This document shows, piece by piece, positions 1 to 12,600 of a stretch of DNA of 64,000 bases. Source of the DNA: Mobula hypostoma (Eukaryota); the NCBI RefSeq assembly GCF_963921235.1, contig NC_086107.1, forward strand, positions 95,916,001 through 95,980,000, read 5' to 3'. The notes below the pieces were generated by a model. That model did not search any database, was not told the origin of the DNA, and saw only the letters and a list, made by a program, of their open reading frames with translations. The position numbers and the translations under genes are program-made. How positions within the stretch are numbered: the first letter of the stretch is position 1; the number at the start of each line of letters is the position of its first letter.

Positions 1-379
1 ATGTATAGTTTTTATTACCATGGATTGTCGTGTATTGCTACCGCAATGCAATAAATTTCACGACATATGCCGGTGATATTAAACCTGCTTCTGATTATTT
101 TATTGTTTATTTTACAGACGTTAAAGTTATGTATAATGTATGTATAACTTAACAGAAGTTAAATTATTGGTTGATATCCGGATCTGACGATGACCACCAC
201 GATTCTAGCTGGGCGGACGAGACGGTGTGAATATGTATACAGAGGGGAAGTCTGAAACATGCCACGGCAGAAACTGTTCAGCCTGTGGTGCTGTGGAGAC
301 CGAATCAAGCTGGAGACACTTCATCCGAGTTAGCAATATCTGTGCCGGACCGGACATGAATTATTGTACAATTCTGTAG

Positions 380-830
380 TTGGGCGTGTTGGGGTAACCG
401 GTGCATCGCCGCATTAATTACAGTACAGACTTTCACCCAAGCCGATCGTTTCCTCCGCAGCCGCGGATGCCGGTACAGTACCAGAGCTGCCGGCAGAGGG
501 CAGCCGTGGGCGGCGGCCGGGTCCCACCTGGGCAGGTGACACTCACACCTTCCTGAGGAAACGAAACTGAGCGACAGAGAGAGCGAGAGCAGGGGCGGGA
601 TCGCCCGAGGTCCGAGTCCAGTACAGCCGGCGCCTCCCCAGCCTGCGGACTGAGTGCCGGAGCTTTCAATCGGACCGGGCCGAGTTTTCCAGGATACGGC
701 GAAGAACCCGAGGGAGGGGAGAGCACAAGGCAGGTAGGTGATGGAGGGAATTCCACTGTGGGAGCTTAGCATGGAGCAACGGGAAGCGTGGTCGCCTGTA
801 TCGATCCCGGTTTAGAATTCTGAGTCTCAC
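380..830 (+). promoter_or_regulatory. CpG-rich promoter with putative non-coding first exon ending at 733
   Basis: Strong local CpG enrichment; paired E-boxes CACCTG/CAGGTG (525-538), ISRE (558-568), GC box GGGGCGGGA (592-600), donor CAG|gtaggt at 733/734; no ATG in 570-733. Confidence 0.65.
557..569 (+). promoter_or_regulatory. ISRE / IRF-binding element GGAAACGAAACTG
   Basis: Exact match to GAAANNGAAACT inside the CpG-rich promoter. Confidence 0.6.
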
Positions 831-847
831 GCTCTGAATGATATGAG

Positions 848-2830
848 GTCCCCCACCACCCTCTTCTCTCCGGTACTACCTGCCCGCCCCCCCCCACCCC
901 AACCACCACCTCTCTTCTCTCCGGTACTGCCCCCCCCCCACCACCCCCTTCTCTCCGGTACTGCCCCCACCACCACCCTCTTCTCTCCGGTACTGCCTGC
1001 CCGCCCCCCCCACCCCAACCACCACCTCTCTTCTCTCCGTTACTGCCCCACCCCAACCACCACCTCCCTTCTCTCCGGTACTGCCCCCCCCACCACCCCC
1101 TTCTCTCCAGTACTGCCCCCACCACCACCCTCTTCTCTCCGGTACTGCCTGCCCGCCCCCCCCACCCCAACCACCACCTCTCTTCTCTCCGTTACTGCCC
1201 CACCCCAACCACCACCTCCCTTCTCTCCGGTACTGCCCCCCCCACCACCCCCTTCTCTCCAGTACTGCCCCCACCACCACCCCCTTCTCTCCGGTACTGC
1301 CCCCCCCACCACCCCCTTCTCTCCGGTACTGCCCCCCCACCACCCCCTTCTCTCCGGTACTGCCCGCCCACCCACCCCCACCACCCCCTTCTCCCCGGTA
1401 CTGCCCGCCCACCCCCACCCCCACCCCCACCCCCACCCCCACCATCCCCTTCTCCCCGGTACTGCCCGCCCCACCGCCCCCCTTCTCTCCGGTACTGCCC
1501 GCCCCACCGCCCCCCTTCTCCCCGGTACTGCCCGCCCCACCGCCCCCCTTCTCCCCGGTACTGTCCGCCCCACCGCTCCCCTTCTCCCCGGTACTGCCCG
1601 CCCCCACCCCCTTCTCTCCGGTACTGTCTGCCCCCACCACTCCCTTCTCCCCGGTACTGCCCCCCCACCACCCCCTTCTCCCCGGTACTGCCCCCCCACC
1701 ACCCCCTTCTCCCCGGTACTGCCCCCCCACCACCCCCTTCTCCCCGGTACTGCCCCCCCCACCACCCCCTTCTCCCCGGTACTGCCCCCCCACCACCCCC
1801 TTCTCCCCGGTACTGCCCCCCCCACCACCCCCTTCTTTCCGGTACTGCCCACCCGCCCCCCCCACCACCCCCCCTTCTCTCCGGTACTGCCCGCCCCCAC
1901 CACCCCCCCCTTCTCCCCGGTACTGCCCGCCCCCACCACCCCCCCCTTCTCTCCGGTACTGCCCGCCCCCACCACCCCCCCTTCTCTCCGGTACTGCCCG
2001 CCCCCACCACCCCCCCTTCTCTCCGGTACTGCCCGCCCCCACCACCCCCCCCTTCTCCGGTACTGCCCGCCCCCACCACCCCCTTCTCTCCGGTACTGCC
2101 CGCCCCTCCCCCTCCCCCACCCCCACCCCCCTTCTCTCCAGTACTGCCCGCCCCGACCCCACCCCCCTTCTCTCCGGTACTGCCCGCCCCAACCCCACCC
2201 CCCTTCTCTCCGGTAATGCCCCCCCCACCACCCCCCTTCTCCCCGGTACTGCCCACCCCCACCCCCTTCTCTCCGGTTCTGTCCGCCCCCACCACCCCCT
2301 TCTCCCCGGTACTGCCCGCCCCACCCCCCCTTCTCTCCGGTACTGCCCGCCCCAACCACCCCCTTCTCTCCGGTACTGCCCGCCCACCCCCACCACCCCC
2401 TTCTCTCCGGTACTACCCCCCACCACCCCCTTCTCTCCGGTACTGCCTGCCCCCACCACCCCCTTCTCTCCGGTACTGCCTGCCCCCACCACCCCCTTCT
2501 CTCCGGTACTGCCCGCCCCCACCACCCCCTTCTCTCCGCTACTGCCCCACCCTTCTCTCCTGGTCCCACCTCCCACCACCCCCCTTCTCTCCGGTACTGC
2601 CCGCCCCCACCAACCCCTTCTCTCCGCTACTGCCTGCCCGCCCCCCCACCACCCCCTTCTCCCCAGTACTGCCCGCCCCCACCCCCTTCTCTCCGGTACT
2701 GCCCCACCACCACCCCCCTTCTCTCCGGTGCTGCCCCACCACCACCCCCTTCTCTCTGGTACTGCCCCCCCACCACCCCCTTCTCTCCTGGTACTGCCCC
2801 CCCACCACCCCCTTCTCTCCTGGTCCCACA
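848..2830. repeat. C-rich minisatellite, ~30-36 bp unit (ccccttctctccggtactgcccgcccccaccac)
   Basis: Dozens of tandem copies of the ttctctccggtactgccc core; explains the low-complexity ORFs here. Confidence 0.95.
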
Positions 2831-3583
2831 TTTAACAACAGCAACATCTTGCCTCCCCAGTGCCTTTTGCACCCTGCTCAGGTGGGGGGGGGGGCAGAAG
2901 AAATTGTCTGCGTCCCGTCACCTCTCTTAGGGAAAAAAGACATCTTGGCATCTTACCTTCTCCAAAGGCATATAGGGCTGTGAAAAAAATGGGAGGACGG
3001 ACCAGGTGTGCACCAACTCTGCTGACAGAGCCATCCACCCCCCCCCGCCCACCCCACTCTCCCAGGGCCACTGAGCCAGACTTGCCTCATCCCAGTATCG
3101 GAGTACTAACTCTCCCTGCGGCACCTCTGGGGCAGAGATACACACCTAGAGAGACCAGAACTCCAGTTATGAAGTAAGATTACAGGGAGCTGTGGGAACC
3201 ATAGAGTTGTCATGATCGGGACAAGACCTGAGATAGACAAGGCCTGCCAGTGTGCTAACGGCTTAGGTGGTGTGATCTTTGTCCAGTGTCTTATGGAAAG
3301 TTTCCTCACACTATATATAGAAGGCCAGATGTGATTCTGCCCACAAACAGCATTCTCAAATCAACTTTTTCAAGTTCCTGTATAATACCATAAAAATTTA
3401 CCTTGCCCAAATTTAGAACTTGAATCTGAGGGCTAGATCTGTCCCTTCCAATGATAGTTTAAAACTAATAGAACTCCGGACAGTGGTCCCCCGCCACTGA
3501 ACATCTGAGTCACTTGTCCTGCCCTTCCTCACTGGATTTTTGCTCTCTCCCTGGTAGCATTGTGTGCTGAAATTTCCCTGAAC

Positions 3584-3785
3584 ACACTTCACACAACAAA
3601 TAAACTCTTCTCGGGCTTCCAGCCGGGTACAAGTATCGATTTTAACCGACATTTCAAAGACAGACTCTGCCATCTTCATCAGGATTGATGCCTGGGCATG
3701 TCTAGTCCAGTACCCTCGTTGTCCATCCCTCCTGATTGGTTAGTCCTCATCCAATCAGGTTTCCGCTGTCCCACCTTGTTTACAA
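3584..3785 (-). mobile_element. Second Penelope-like family tail with hammerhead-like motif
   Basis: Minus strand aatc-CTGATGA-agatggcagagtctgtcttt-GAAA-tgtc-ggtt at ~3643-3687. Confidence 0.5.
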
Positions 3786-4934
3786 TTGATCCTTTTATGC
3801 TTCACATATTCTGCCTCATATAAGCTATTAGCACTATCTTGGTCCCAGTCAATTAGGATAATTGAAAACACCAACAACTGCGAAACTATTCTTGCAATTC
3901 TCCACAATCTCTCTCTCTGCATATTTGCCTCACTAACTCCCGTTGACTATTAGATACAATCCCAGCAAGGTGACCATCCCCTTTTTTCCAATCAGCTCCA
4001 TCCATAAGACCTCACGAGGTGATCCCTCACTAGTTTAATCACAGCTACTGCCGCGATGTTCTCTTTAAATGCAACTCTCCCTCCTCTTTTTTTTTCCTCC
4101 ACTTCTGTCCTCATTCATCTGTCAGGGCAATGAGAGTAGACGTCAGGATGCTATGTTGCAGTTGTACAAGAGGGAATTCTGCTGAACACAAGACAAATGG
4201 GCCAAGCTTAGATGGGAGTCGCAGTCGGTAGGTGAGAGTTTGATAGGAACACCTGTTTCTGTGCTGCATAGCCATGACTTTGCCTCTATAACTGAGGAAC
4301 ACAAGGTTCCCCGGAAGGGATGTCACAGATAGAGAAGGTGGTGAAGAAGACTTTTGGTATAATGGCCTTCATCAGTCAGGGCATCGAGTATAGGAGCTGG
4401 GAGCTGGTGGTGCAGTTGTACAAGGCACTGGTGAAGCCATATTTGGAATATTGTGATCATTTTGCTCCTCCTGCTGTAGGAAAGTTGCCATTAAACTGGA
4501 AAAAGTGCAGGGACCTATGCTCACCCATAATAGAAAACATCCTCTCCACATCCACTCTATTTAGCCTTTCAATATTCGATAAATTTCAATGACATGCCCC
4601 CATCATTCTTCTAAACTCCAGTGAGTACAGGTTCGGAGCCATCAAATGCTCCTCCTACGTTAACACTTCCTGGAATCATTCTTGTGAACTTCCTCTGGAC
4701 CCTGTCCAATGCTGGCACATCTTTTCTCAGAACCACGCACAATAGTCCAGGTGTGGTCTGACCAATGGCGTAAAGCCTCAGTATTACATTCCTGCTCTTG
4801 TATTCTAGTCTTTTCAAAAATATATGATAACATTGCATTTACCTTCCTTACCACTGATTCAACCTGCAAGTTAACCCTGCACAAGAACTCCAAAGTCCCT
4901 TTGCAACTTTATTATTTGAATTTTCTCCCTGTTT

Positions 4935-5755
4935 AGATTAGATTAGATTCAACTTTATTGTCATTGTGCCGAGTACAGACAAAGCCAATGAAATGCAGTT
5001 AGCATCTAAGCAGAAATGCAACGAATAGTGTTATTTACAAAATAACTGCAAATAAAAATTAAGTACACAAATATTAAAGTACTGAGACAGTACAATATGG
5101 GTGCAATACTGCTTAGTGCTGTGATGAGAGGTTCAGCAGGGGCACAGCCTCAGGGAAGAAGCTCTTCCTGTGCCTGCTGGTGCAGGAGTGGAGGCTCCTG
5201 TAGCGCATACCGGATGGGAGGAGAGTAAAAAGTCCATGGTTAGGGTGAGATGCATCCCTGATAATGCTTTTCGCCCTGCCCAGGCAGCGTTTATGGTAGA
5301 TGTTCTCAATGGTGGGCAATTGGGTGACGATAATCCACTGGGCAGTTTTCACCACACGCTGGAGTGCTTTGCGGTCCGATACAGGACAATTGCCATACCA
5401 CACTGAGATGCAGTTGGTGAGTATGTTCTCAATGGTACAGCGGTAAAAGGCCGTCAGTATCCTGGGACAGAGGTGAGCTTTCTTGATGCTCCGCAGGAAA
5501 TAAAGGCGCTGTTGTGCCTTTTTGACCAGGATGGAGGAGTTCAGGGACCAGGTGAGATCCTCAGAAATGTGGACACCAAGGAATTTGAAGCATGATACAT
5601 GCTCCACTACAGCTCCATTGATGTAGATGGGGATGTGAGTGTGGGTCCTGGCATGCCTGAAGTCCACAATGATCTCCTTGGTCTTCTGGGTGTTAAGGGC
5701 CAGGTTGTTGTTGGCACACCACGCAGCCAGGTGCTGGACCTCGTCCCTGTAGGCC
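4935..5755 (-). mobile_element. Rex1/Babar-type LINE 3' fragment, nested in CR1
   Basis: FKFLGVHISEDLTWS...KKAQQRLYFLR...FYRCTIE...LLPSG.RYRS; (ATCTA)n tail. Confidence 0.85.
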
Positions 5756-5899
5756 GAAATAATAGATAATGGTCTATGCCTTTATTCCTTCTACCAAATT
5801 GCACTCTCCTACACGATATTCCATTTGCCCATTCTCCCCATCTATCTAAATCCTTCTACTGACTCCCTGCTTCCTTAACACTACCTGTCCCTCCACCTT

Positions 5900-6208
5900 G
5901 TGGACACGTGGCCAAGTGGTTAAGGCACTGGACTACCGACCTGAAGGTCGTGAGTTCGAACCCCAGCCGAGGCAACATGTTGTGTCCTTGAGCAAGGTAC
6001 TTAATCACACATTGCTCTGCGACGACACTAATGCCAAGCTGTATGGGTCCTAATACCCTTCCCTTGGACAACATTGGTATTGTGGAGAGGGGAGACTTGC
6101 AGCATGGGCAACTGCTGGTCTTCCATACAACCTTGCCCAGGCCTGCACCCTGGAGAGTGAAGACTTTCCAGGCGCAGACCCATGGTCTCGCAAGACTAAC
6201 GGATGCCT
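5900..6208 (+). mobile_element. tRNA-derived CORE-like SINE, full length
   Basis: A box TGGCCAAGTGG, B box GTTCGAACC, core gtgtccttgagcaaggtacttaa; nested in a CR1. Confidence 0.85.
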
Positions 6209-9200
6209 CCCACCTAACTCCATGTCATCCGCAAACCTGGCCACAAAGCCATCAATTCAGACATCTAAGTCATTGACATATAATGTGAAAAGGAGCAGTC
6301 CCAATGCAGATCTCTGTAGAACACCACTAGTCATCAGTAGCCAACTAGAATAGGCCCCATTTATTCCCACACTTTGCCTCCTGCCAGTCAGCCCAATTGT
6401 CTGTCCATGCTGGTGTCATTCCTGTAATACCATGGGTTCTGATCTTGTTTTGCAGCCTCATGTGCAGCACCTTATCAAAGGCCTTCTGAAAATCCAAGTA
6501 AACAACATCCACTGACTCTCCTTTGTCTATCCTGCCTGTTATTTCCTCAAACAATTCCAACAGATTTGTCAGGCAATGTTCCCTTAAGGAAGCCATGCTG
6601 ACTTTGGCTTATTTGTCATGCACTGTATCCCAAATATCCCAAAACCTCATCCTTAATAATGGACTCTAATATCTTGCCAACCACTGGAGTCAGGCAAAAG
6701 CAGGATCCAGTCCCCCTCTGATCTCTGAATTCAGCCTCTTAATCCAGGGATGCTTAAGGAACAGCATTTCATCTGAGTAAGTTACAGCCTGCAGCCACAG
6801 CTCCATCTTCCCCTCGACACAGATGTTACCTGACCTGAAACTTAACAGCATTTTCCTTTACTTGATACTCCCAGCAGCTGCAAACTTGCTCTCGCACTTC
6901 CCGAACTGTTTCTTCTCTCCCTGTGCTCTCACACCTCGTCCGGCTAGGCCGCCGTCCTCTCCGGCCTCTCCCCATCAGCACTGCCCCTGCTTCCCGAAGT
7001 CCGTCCGCCTGACTTGCACTCCGCCGCAAAGGGAACCCACTCCTACTTCACCTGTGTGCAGCTCCCTTTCCTGCAGTGGTGAAAGTCCAGAATGGCAAGA
7101 CCAATAAACGAGGAGGGAATGAGGACCATTCAGCCTTCATCTCTGTTGCAGAAACTGAGAGTGTGGAGTTCGCAGGAACCTATACAATTGTAACGGGACC
7201 ATGCAGCCCAGACGCAGAGAGGGTGGTCCCAGTGACTGGGAATTCCAGGATCGGGATTTGGTGTATACTTCTCAGACTGAGATCTAGAAAGATTCCCTCA
7301 TTGGTGGGGGTTGAGCAGTGGAGCTCCCTGCTGCATATGGCTGTGGATGGCATTACATTTAAGGAAGTAGATTTTTATTTTGAGAAACTTGAGATGGCAG
7401 TCACTGGAATCTGGAGCAACACACAGGATACTGAAGGAGCTCGGTGTCGGAGGCGTCTGTGGGGTGATGTCTCGCCCTCCACAGAGATGGGGAGAAAAGT
7501 CCACCATTTCTCCACGGAGGTGACGAGAAAAGCTGGCTGCTTTCCCCTCCGCTGAAGCTGCCTGACCTCCGGCTACCTCTGTTTTAGTTAAAGTTAATGG
7601 AAGTTTCATTGTAGCCCAGAATAACCCAAAACAACCCACTAACCACAGACGTCAATAGATTTCCTGGAGATACTGCTGGCTGACATGATTAATTGCTGTT
7701 GTCATGGTGCTGCCTTGACGTGTGCAACAGGTTCAACAGAAACTGAGCCTCAGAGACGAAGTAACATGGAATCAGCCCCTTTAAGTTTCCAGATCTGGTG
7801 AAATATTTTAAGTATGTGTTCATGGGGCTTAAATTCACAATTCCTAGTCTTGGAACATGACGATTACATCATTAGTTCAACCAGTACCCATCCTGCAACA
7901 TTCAGTCTCTCTCAGAAATATTTAGATTTGGCAAGGACTTGGTGCTGGTAGAGACGTTGTATGTTGGTGTTGGAGCAGACGCCCTGCTTGAAATCTAGAT
8001 CCTGTTAACTCCACGGTTTCCAATGATTTCCAGGGATCCACTTGTTCCCACTGAAGGACGTTTCTACATCAGATATCCACAGATGATCACAGGTTACATG
8101 GACAAAACAGGGATTTTGGAGCCTGCAGAAGGATGGGTCGGAGATGCTGGGAGACCCCACTGCTGAAGTGAGGGCAGGTTTACAGTTCTCACAATGCTGA
8201 GGGCCCTGTTCAAACTTGGGAAGATGTCAGTACGTTAAAGCAGCTGTAACACATGGAGCTGTGTGCATGTGTGTGTAAAAGCATCCAGTGAGGAGCCTTA
8301 CCTGTTGTGACTTTGACTGCCATTTAAACTTAACCAGATGCACAGCCAGTTGCAGAATTACCATTCATCTTTCGTGCTACCTCTCCAGAGATGTGAAGCC
8401 AACGTTGCTTCAGATTCCCAGGAGTTGGTTTCAATAGGCACATTTAATGTCAGGGAAATGTATACAATATACATCCTGGAATTCTTTTCCTTCGCAAACA
8501 CCCGCGAAAACAGAGGAGTGCCCCAAGGAATGAGTGACCATTAAATGTTAGAACTCAAAAGCTCCCCCTCGACTTCCCCCTGCCACGCACAAGCTACAGC
8601 AAAGCAACGACCGTCCCCCTCCCCTGCCAGCAGAAAAGCATCGGCACCCCCACCAAGCACTCAAGCGTGCAGCAAAGCATCAATAAAGACACAGACTTGC
8701 AGTACCCCAAAGACTACTCATTCACCCGGTATTCGACATACCACAGGCTCTCTCTCTCCCTCTGATGCTGTCCCACCATTATCAGGATCACCCTGCAACA
8801 AACGAGGCCTGGTGGCTCAGGGAGAAAGGAGCATCATGGCTAACAGAAAATCTCACCTCCCACATGGGGGCAATGATTACCGTGTTAGCAGCAGTCTGTG
8901 CTAAAGCTGTGCCAAATGATGATCAGCCATGATCACAGTGAATGGCGGTGCTGGCTCGAAGGGCTGAATGCCCTACTCCTGCACCTATTGTCTATTGTGA
9001 AAGCATCCTGGCCTCTGCTGTAGAAAAGCAGCATCCATCATCAAAGATCCTCACCACCCAGGCCTTGCTCTTTTCTCACTGCTGCCATCAGGTAGAAGGT
9101 ATAGGTGCCTCAGGACTCACACCACCAGGTTCAAGAACAGTTATTACCCCTCAACCATCAGGCTCTTGAACAAAAGAGGATAATTACTCTCATTCTATTT

Positions 9201-11449
9201 CTGGTGTTCCCACAACTGATGGTCTCACTTTAAGGACTCTTTATCTTGTTACTTCACACTCCTATTATTTATTGCTATTTACTTATATCAGTATTTGCTC
9301 AGCTTCTTGCTCATTGATCCTGTTTACAGTTACTATTCTGTAGATTTGCTAAGTATGCCCGCAGGAAAAAAAATCTGAGGGTTGTATGTGCTGACATGTA
9401 TGTACTCTGATAATCTATTTTACTTTGAACTTTGGATGTGTAGTCATCCTGTCAAGACCCCTCACTACATTGCACAGCAAGAGTTATCATTACAGTTTGG
9501 CTATTGTTCCCTTGAATTTAGACAGATCTAAGCTAGAGGAATTAAAATTTGACTGCTTTTGGAAAGGTTCATTGATTATGGACATATACTGACCCTGATC
9601 AGAGATCCTCTCTAAGGTGCCACAGATTGAAACCTTCACGTCAGTGGGTGACGTCCCAGAGCCATTTAGTAAGCTCCATGTAGACATTTCCCTGATTCAA
9701 GAGAAAGCAGGCAAGAAAATTATTAAGCGGTAACAAGAGTAGGGTTGTGCAAGCATACAGGAAGCAGATTAAAAAACCTGGTTGAATTGGAGCCATAGCA
9801 ACAACTCTCACTCAAGGTCAGCAAAACCAAAGAGCTGATCATTAACTACGGGAGGAAGATGCGGAAGGTCCATGAGCCCGTCTTCATTAGGGGATTGGAG
9901 GTGGAGAGGGTCCGTAACTTTAAATTCCTTGGCATTACCATACAGCTATCTTTTCTGGGACCAGTGCTTAAGTGCTGTTTGAAAGAAGGCACGACAGCAC
10001 CTCTGCTTTCTTAGAAGTTTGTAAAGTTTTGGCACGTCAGCCAGAACTTTGAAAAACTTCTTCAGATGCACAGTGGGGTGTATTCTGACTGGTTGCATTA
10101 CAGCTTGGTATGGAAACACCAATACCCAGGAACAGACATGTCCACAAAAAGTAGTGTTTCCAGCCCAGTCCACCACAGGCAAAGCCCTCCCTATCAGTGA
10201 GCACATTTACAAGCGCTGCCAGAAGAAAGCAGTATCCATGTCAAAGGTCATGCCCTCTTCTTGCTTCTCCCACCTGTGGAATTCTTTGCCACAGGCAGCT
10301 GTGGAGGCCAAGTATACTTAAGACAGAGGTTGATAGATTCTTGATAAATACTCTACAACTCTTGTTTTCAGTTTTATTGACTGACTTAGTTACTTATTTA
10401 TTTTTGGTTAATCTTTCTGGTTTAAAATGGCGCTATTGAAGTTGGGCGACAGCTTACAGGCAAGAAATACAATGAAATGCTTATAACTTTTTTCTCTGGT
10501 AAATGGTCATCACAAACAATGAAGAGGCGGGCAAAGACAAGGCTGACTCGAGGGTCGAGCCATGCACTGCAATGCAAAGTCAGAGCGTGGTATGTTCGAG
10601 GAGGAGTGAGGTCAAGGTGTGATTGAGACGGTGTTGGAGTTGGAGCGACTGAGTGGGAGAGGAGTCGGTATGGAGGAGTTTCGGGGCCTGTCCGCCTAAA
10701 CCGGGAGTGAGGTTCGATTGATCGAAGCGCCAAGTCGATTTGGAAAGGTCGAGTACGGTCTCGGGCTGGGCGGCAGGGTACAGACCCAGAGCATATCTCT
10801 GTGCCGGAGCCCGGCCAAGTATTTGGATGATTTAAGCGCCAGCCCAGATAGAGCGAAAAGGCAGGGTTGGACCACTTCCGTTAGCTCTTACACGATATTT
10901 ACTCCTTTCTCTGCGACGCTGAGGCTGTGAGACTGATCCAGCTGCTACGTGATCCAAGTTTGCGAGCTTTGCAGTGACTTTCCCACTGTGTGATGAACTG
11001 AGAGTGACACTATGGGCCCACTCTGGCTGCTCCAGGCTCCAGGACTACGGGTTCAATTTGGTTCAGAACGCTGTTGTTTGCATGATTTGTTTTTTTTCTC
11101 TTCCTCTGCACATTGGGTGTTGGTTTTTTAAAGTTGGGGCTCTCTCGTGTTTCTTGCTTTGTGGCTGCCTGTAAGCAGATGAATCGCAAGGTGTATAATT
11201 TGTACATTCTTTGATAATAAATGTACTTTGAATCATTGAATTTACTTATTCATTTATATTATTGTATTTATACCGACTATCTTGTTTTGCACGTTGGTTG
11301 TTTGTCAATCTTTGTGCGTCATTTTTTTCTATTATTGTGTTGTATTTCTTTGTTTTACTGTGAATGCCTGCAAGAAAATTAATTTCAGGGTTGTATATCA
11401 TGACATACATGTACTTTGATGATAAAGACACTTTGATCTTCGAACTGGT

Positions 11450-12600
11450 AGGCCTAAAAGTGGACAATTCCTCTGATCCTGACGGAATGCATCCCAGGGT
11501 GCTGAAAGAGATGGCATAAGTTAAAGTAGAGTTGTTTGTGATAACTTACTAAAAGTCTCCGGACTGTGTGCAGGTCCTGAAGGATTGAAAGACTCTGAAT
11601 TTCACATCACCATTTAAAGAAAGGAGGTAGGCAAAAGGCCAGTTAGCTTAACACCTGCAATCGGGGAAAATGCTCGAAGTGATCATCAAGGAAGAAGTAC
11701 TGAGACATCTGGATAGAAGTGGCTCCATCAGGCACAAACTTACTGGAGTTCATTCAAGACCTAATCTGAGAAATGGACAGAAGGGAATAGGTGGGTGTTG
11801 TATACTTTGGATTTCCAGAAGACTTTCAATTAAGGTGCCGCATAAAGGACTTGCCCATAAGGATGCACGGAGTAGGAGGTAATATATTAGCATATCTAGA
11901 GGGTTGAAAGCAGAGATTTGGGATAAATGTGTGTTTCTCTGGTTGGCAGAGTGCCACAGGTGCCAGTGCTAGGCCCACAATGGTTTACAATATACACTTA
12001 CAATTTGGATGAGGGGACTGAGTTTGCTGATCGCACCAAATTGAGCGGAAAAGCAAATTATTGTACAGAGGATGTTTTAAATAGCATAGTACTCATTTGA
12101 GATGTTTTGTTCTCCATGGCTGCTGCCTGACCTGTTGCTTATTTTCAGAATTTTCTGCTTTAACAAACACACCTGGAAACTCAGGTAGTGCATTCCACGG
12201 ACCAACCACTCTCTGAGTGGAAAAACCTTCCTCTAATATCCCCCTTGAACTTATCAAGTTATTGAAGTTATCAGGATGACAAATAGAAAGTTTGCCTTCA
12301 TTGCCAGAAGGGTTGAATTTAAGAGCAAGGAGTCACTCTGTGGCTGTATGTGCAGTTCAGGGAATGGATCTGGGGCAGAGATGAGGGGGAACTGCTTTAC
12401 CCAGAGAGTATAGAATGTGTGGAATTCTCTGCCCAGGGAAGCAGTAGAGGCAACCTGATGAAATGTATTTAAGACACAATTAGATAGATTTTTGCATAGT
12501 GGGGGAATGAAGGGTTATGGGGAAATAGCAGGCAGACGGAGTTGAGACCGGGGCCAGACCAACTGTGATCTTAATGAACGGTGGAGCAGTCTCAACTGTA
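11450..12600 (+). mobile_element. Degenerate CR1 LINE pieces
   Basis: PDGMHPRVLKE, YFGFPEDFQ (decayed YLDF.KAF) and CR1 3' end motifs. Confidence 0.65.

Larger units (their letters stand above)
4530..6690 (-). mobile_element. CR1 LINE fragment, interrupted by Rex1 LINE and SINE
   Basis: CLTNLLELFEEIT...DVVYLDFQKAFDKV; RVQRKFTRMIPG. Confidence 0.8.

Noticed and set aside
550..560. TTCCTGAGGAA as a STAT/GAS site
   Set aside because: Spacing is TTC-N5-GAA, not the N3 or N4 required
843..2983. Long Pro-rich and Gly/Arg-rich ORFs (up to 651 aa) on both strands
   Set aside because: By-products of a stop-free minisatellite; open in several frames and with no domain content
5900..5975. tRNA-like sequence with A and B boxes
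   Set aside because: It is the head of a SINE, continuous with core and tail and repeated at 59557-59862 and 61913-62217
7040..7560. 159-aa ORF, possibly an L1/Tx1 RT remnant
   Set aside because: Too degenerate to assign by eye; no exon structure
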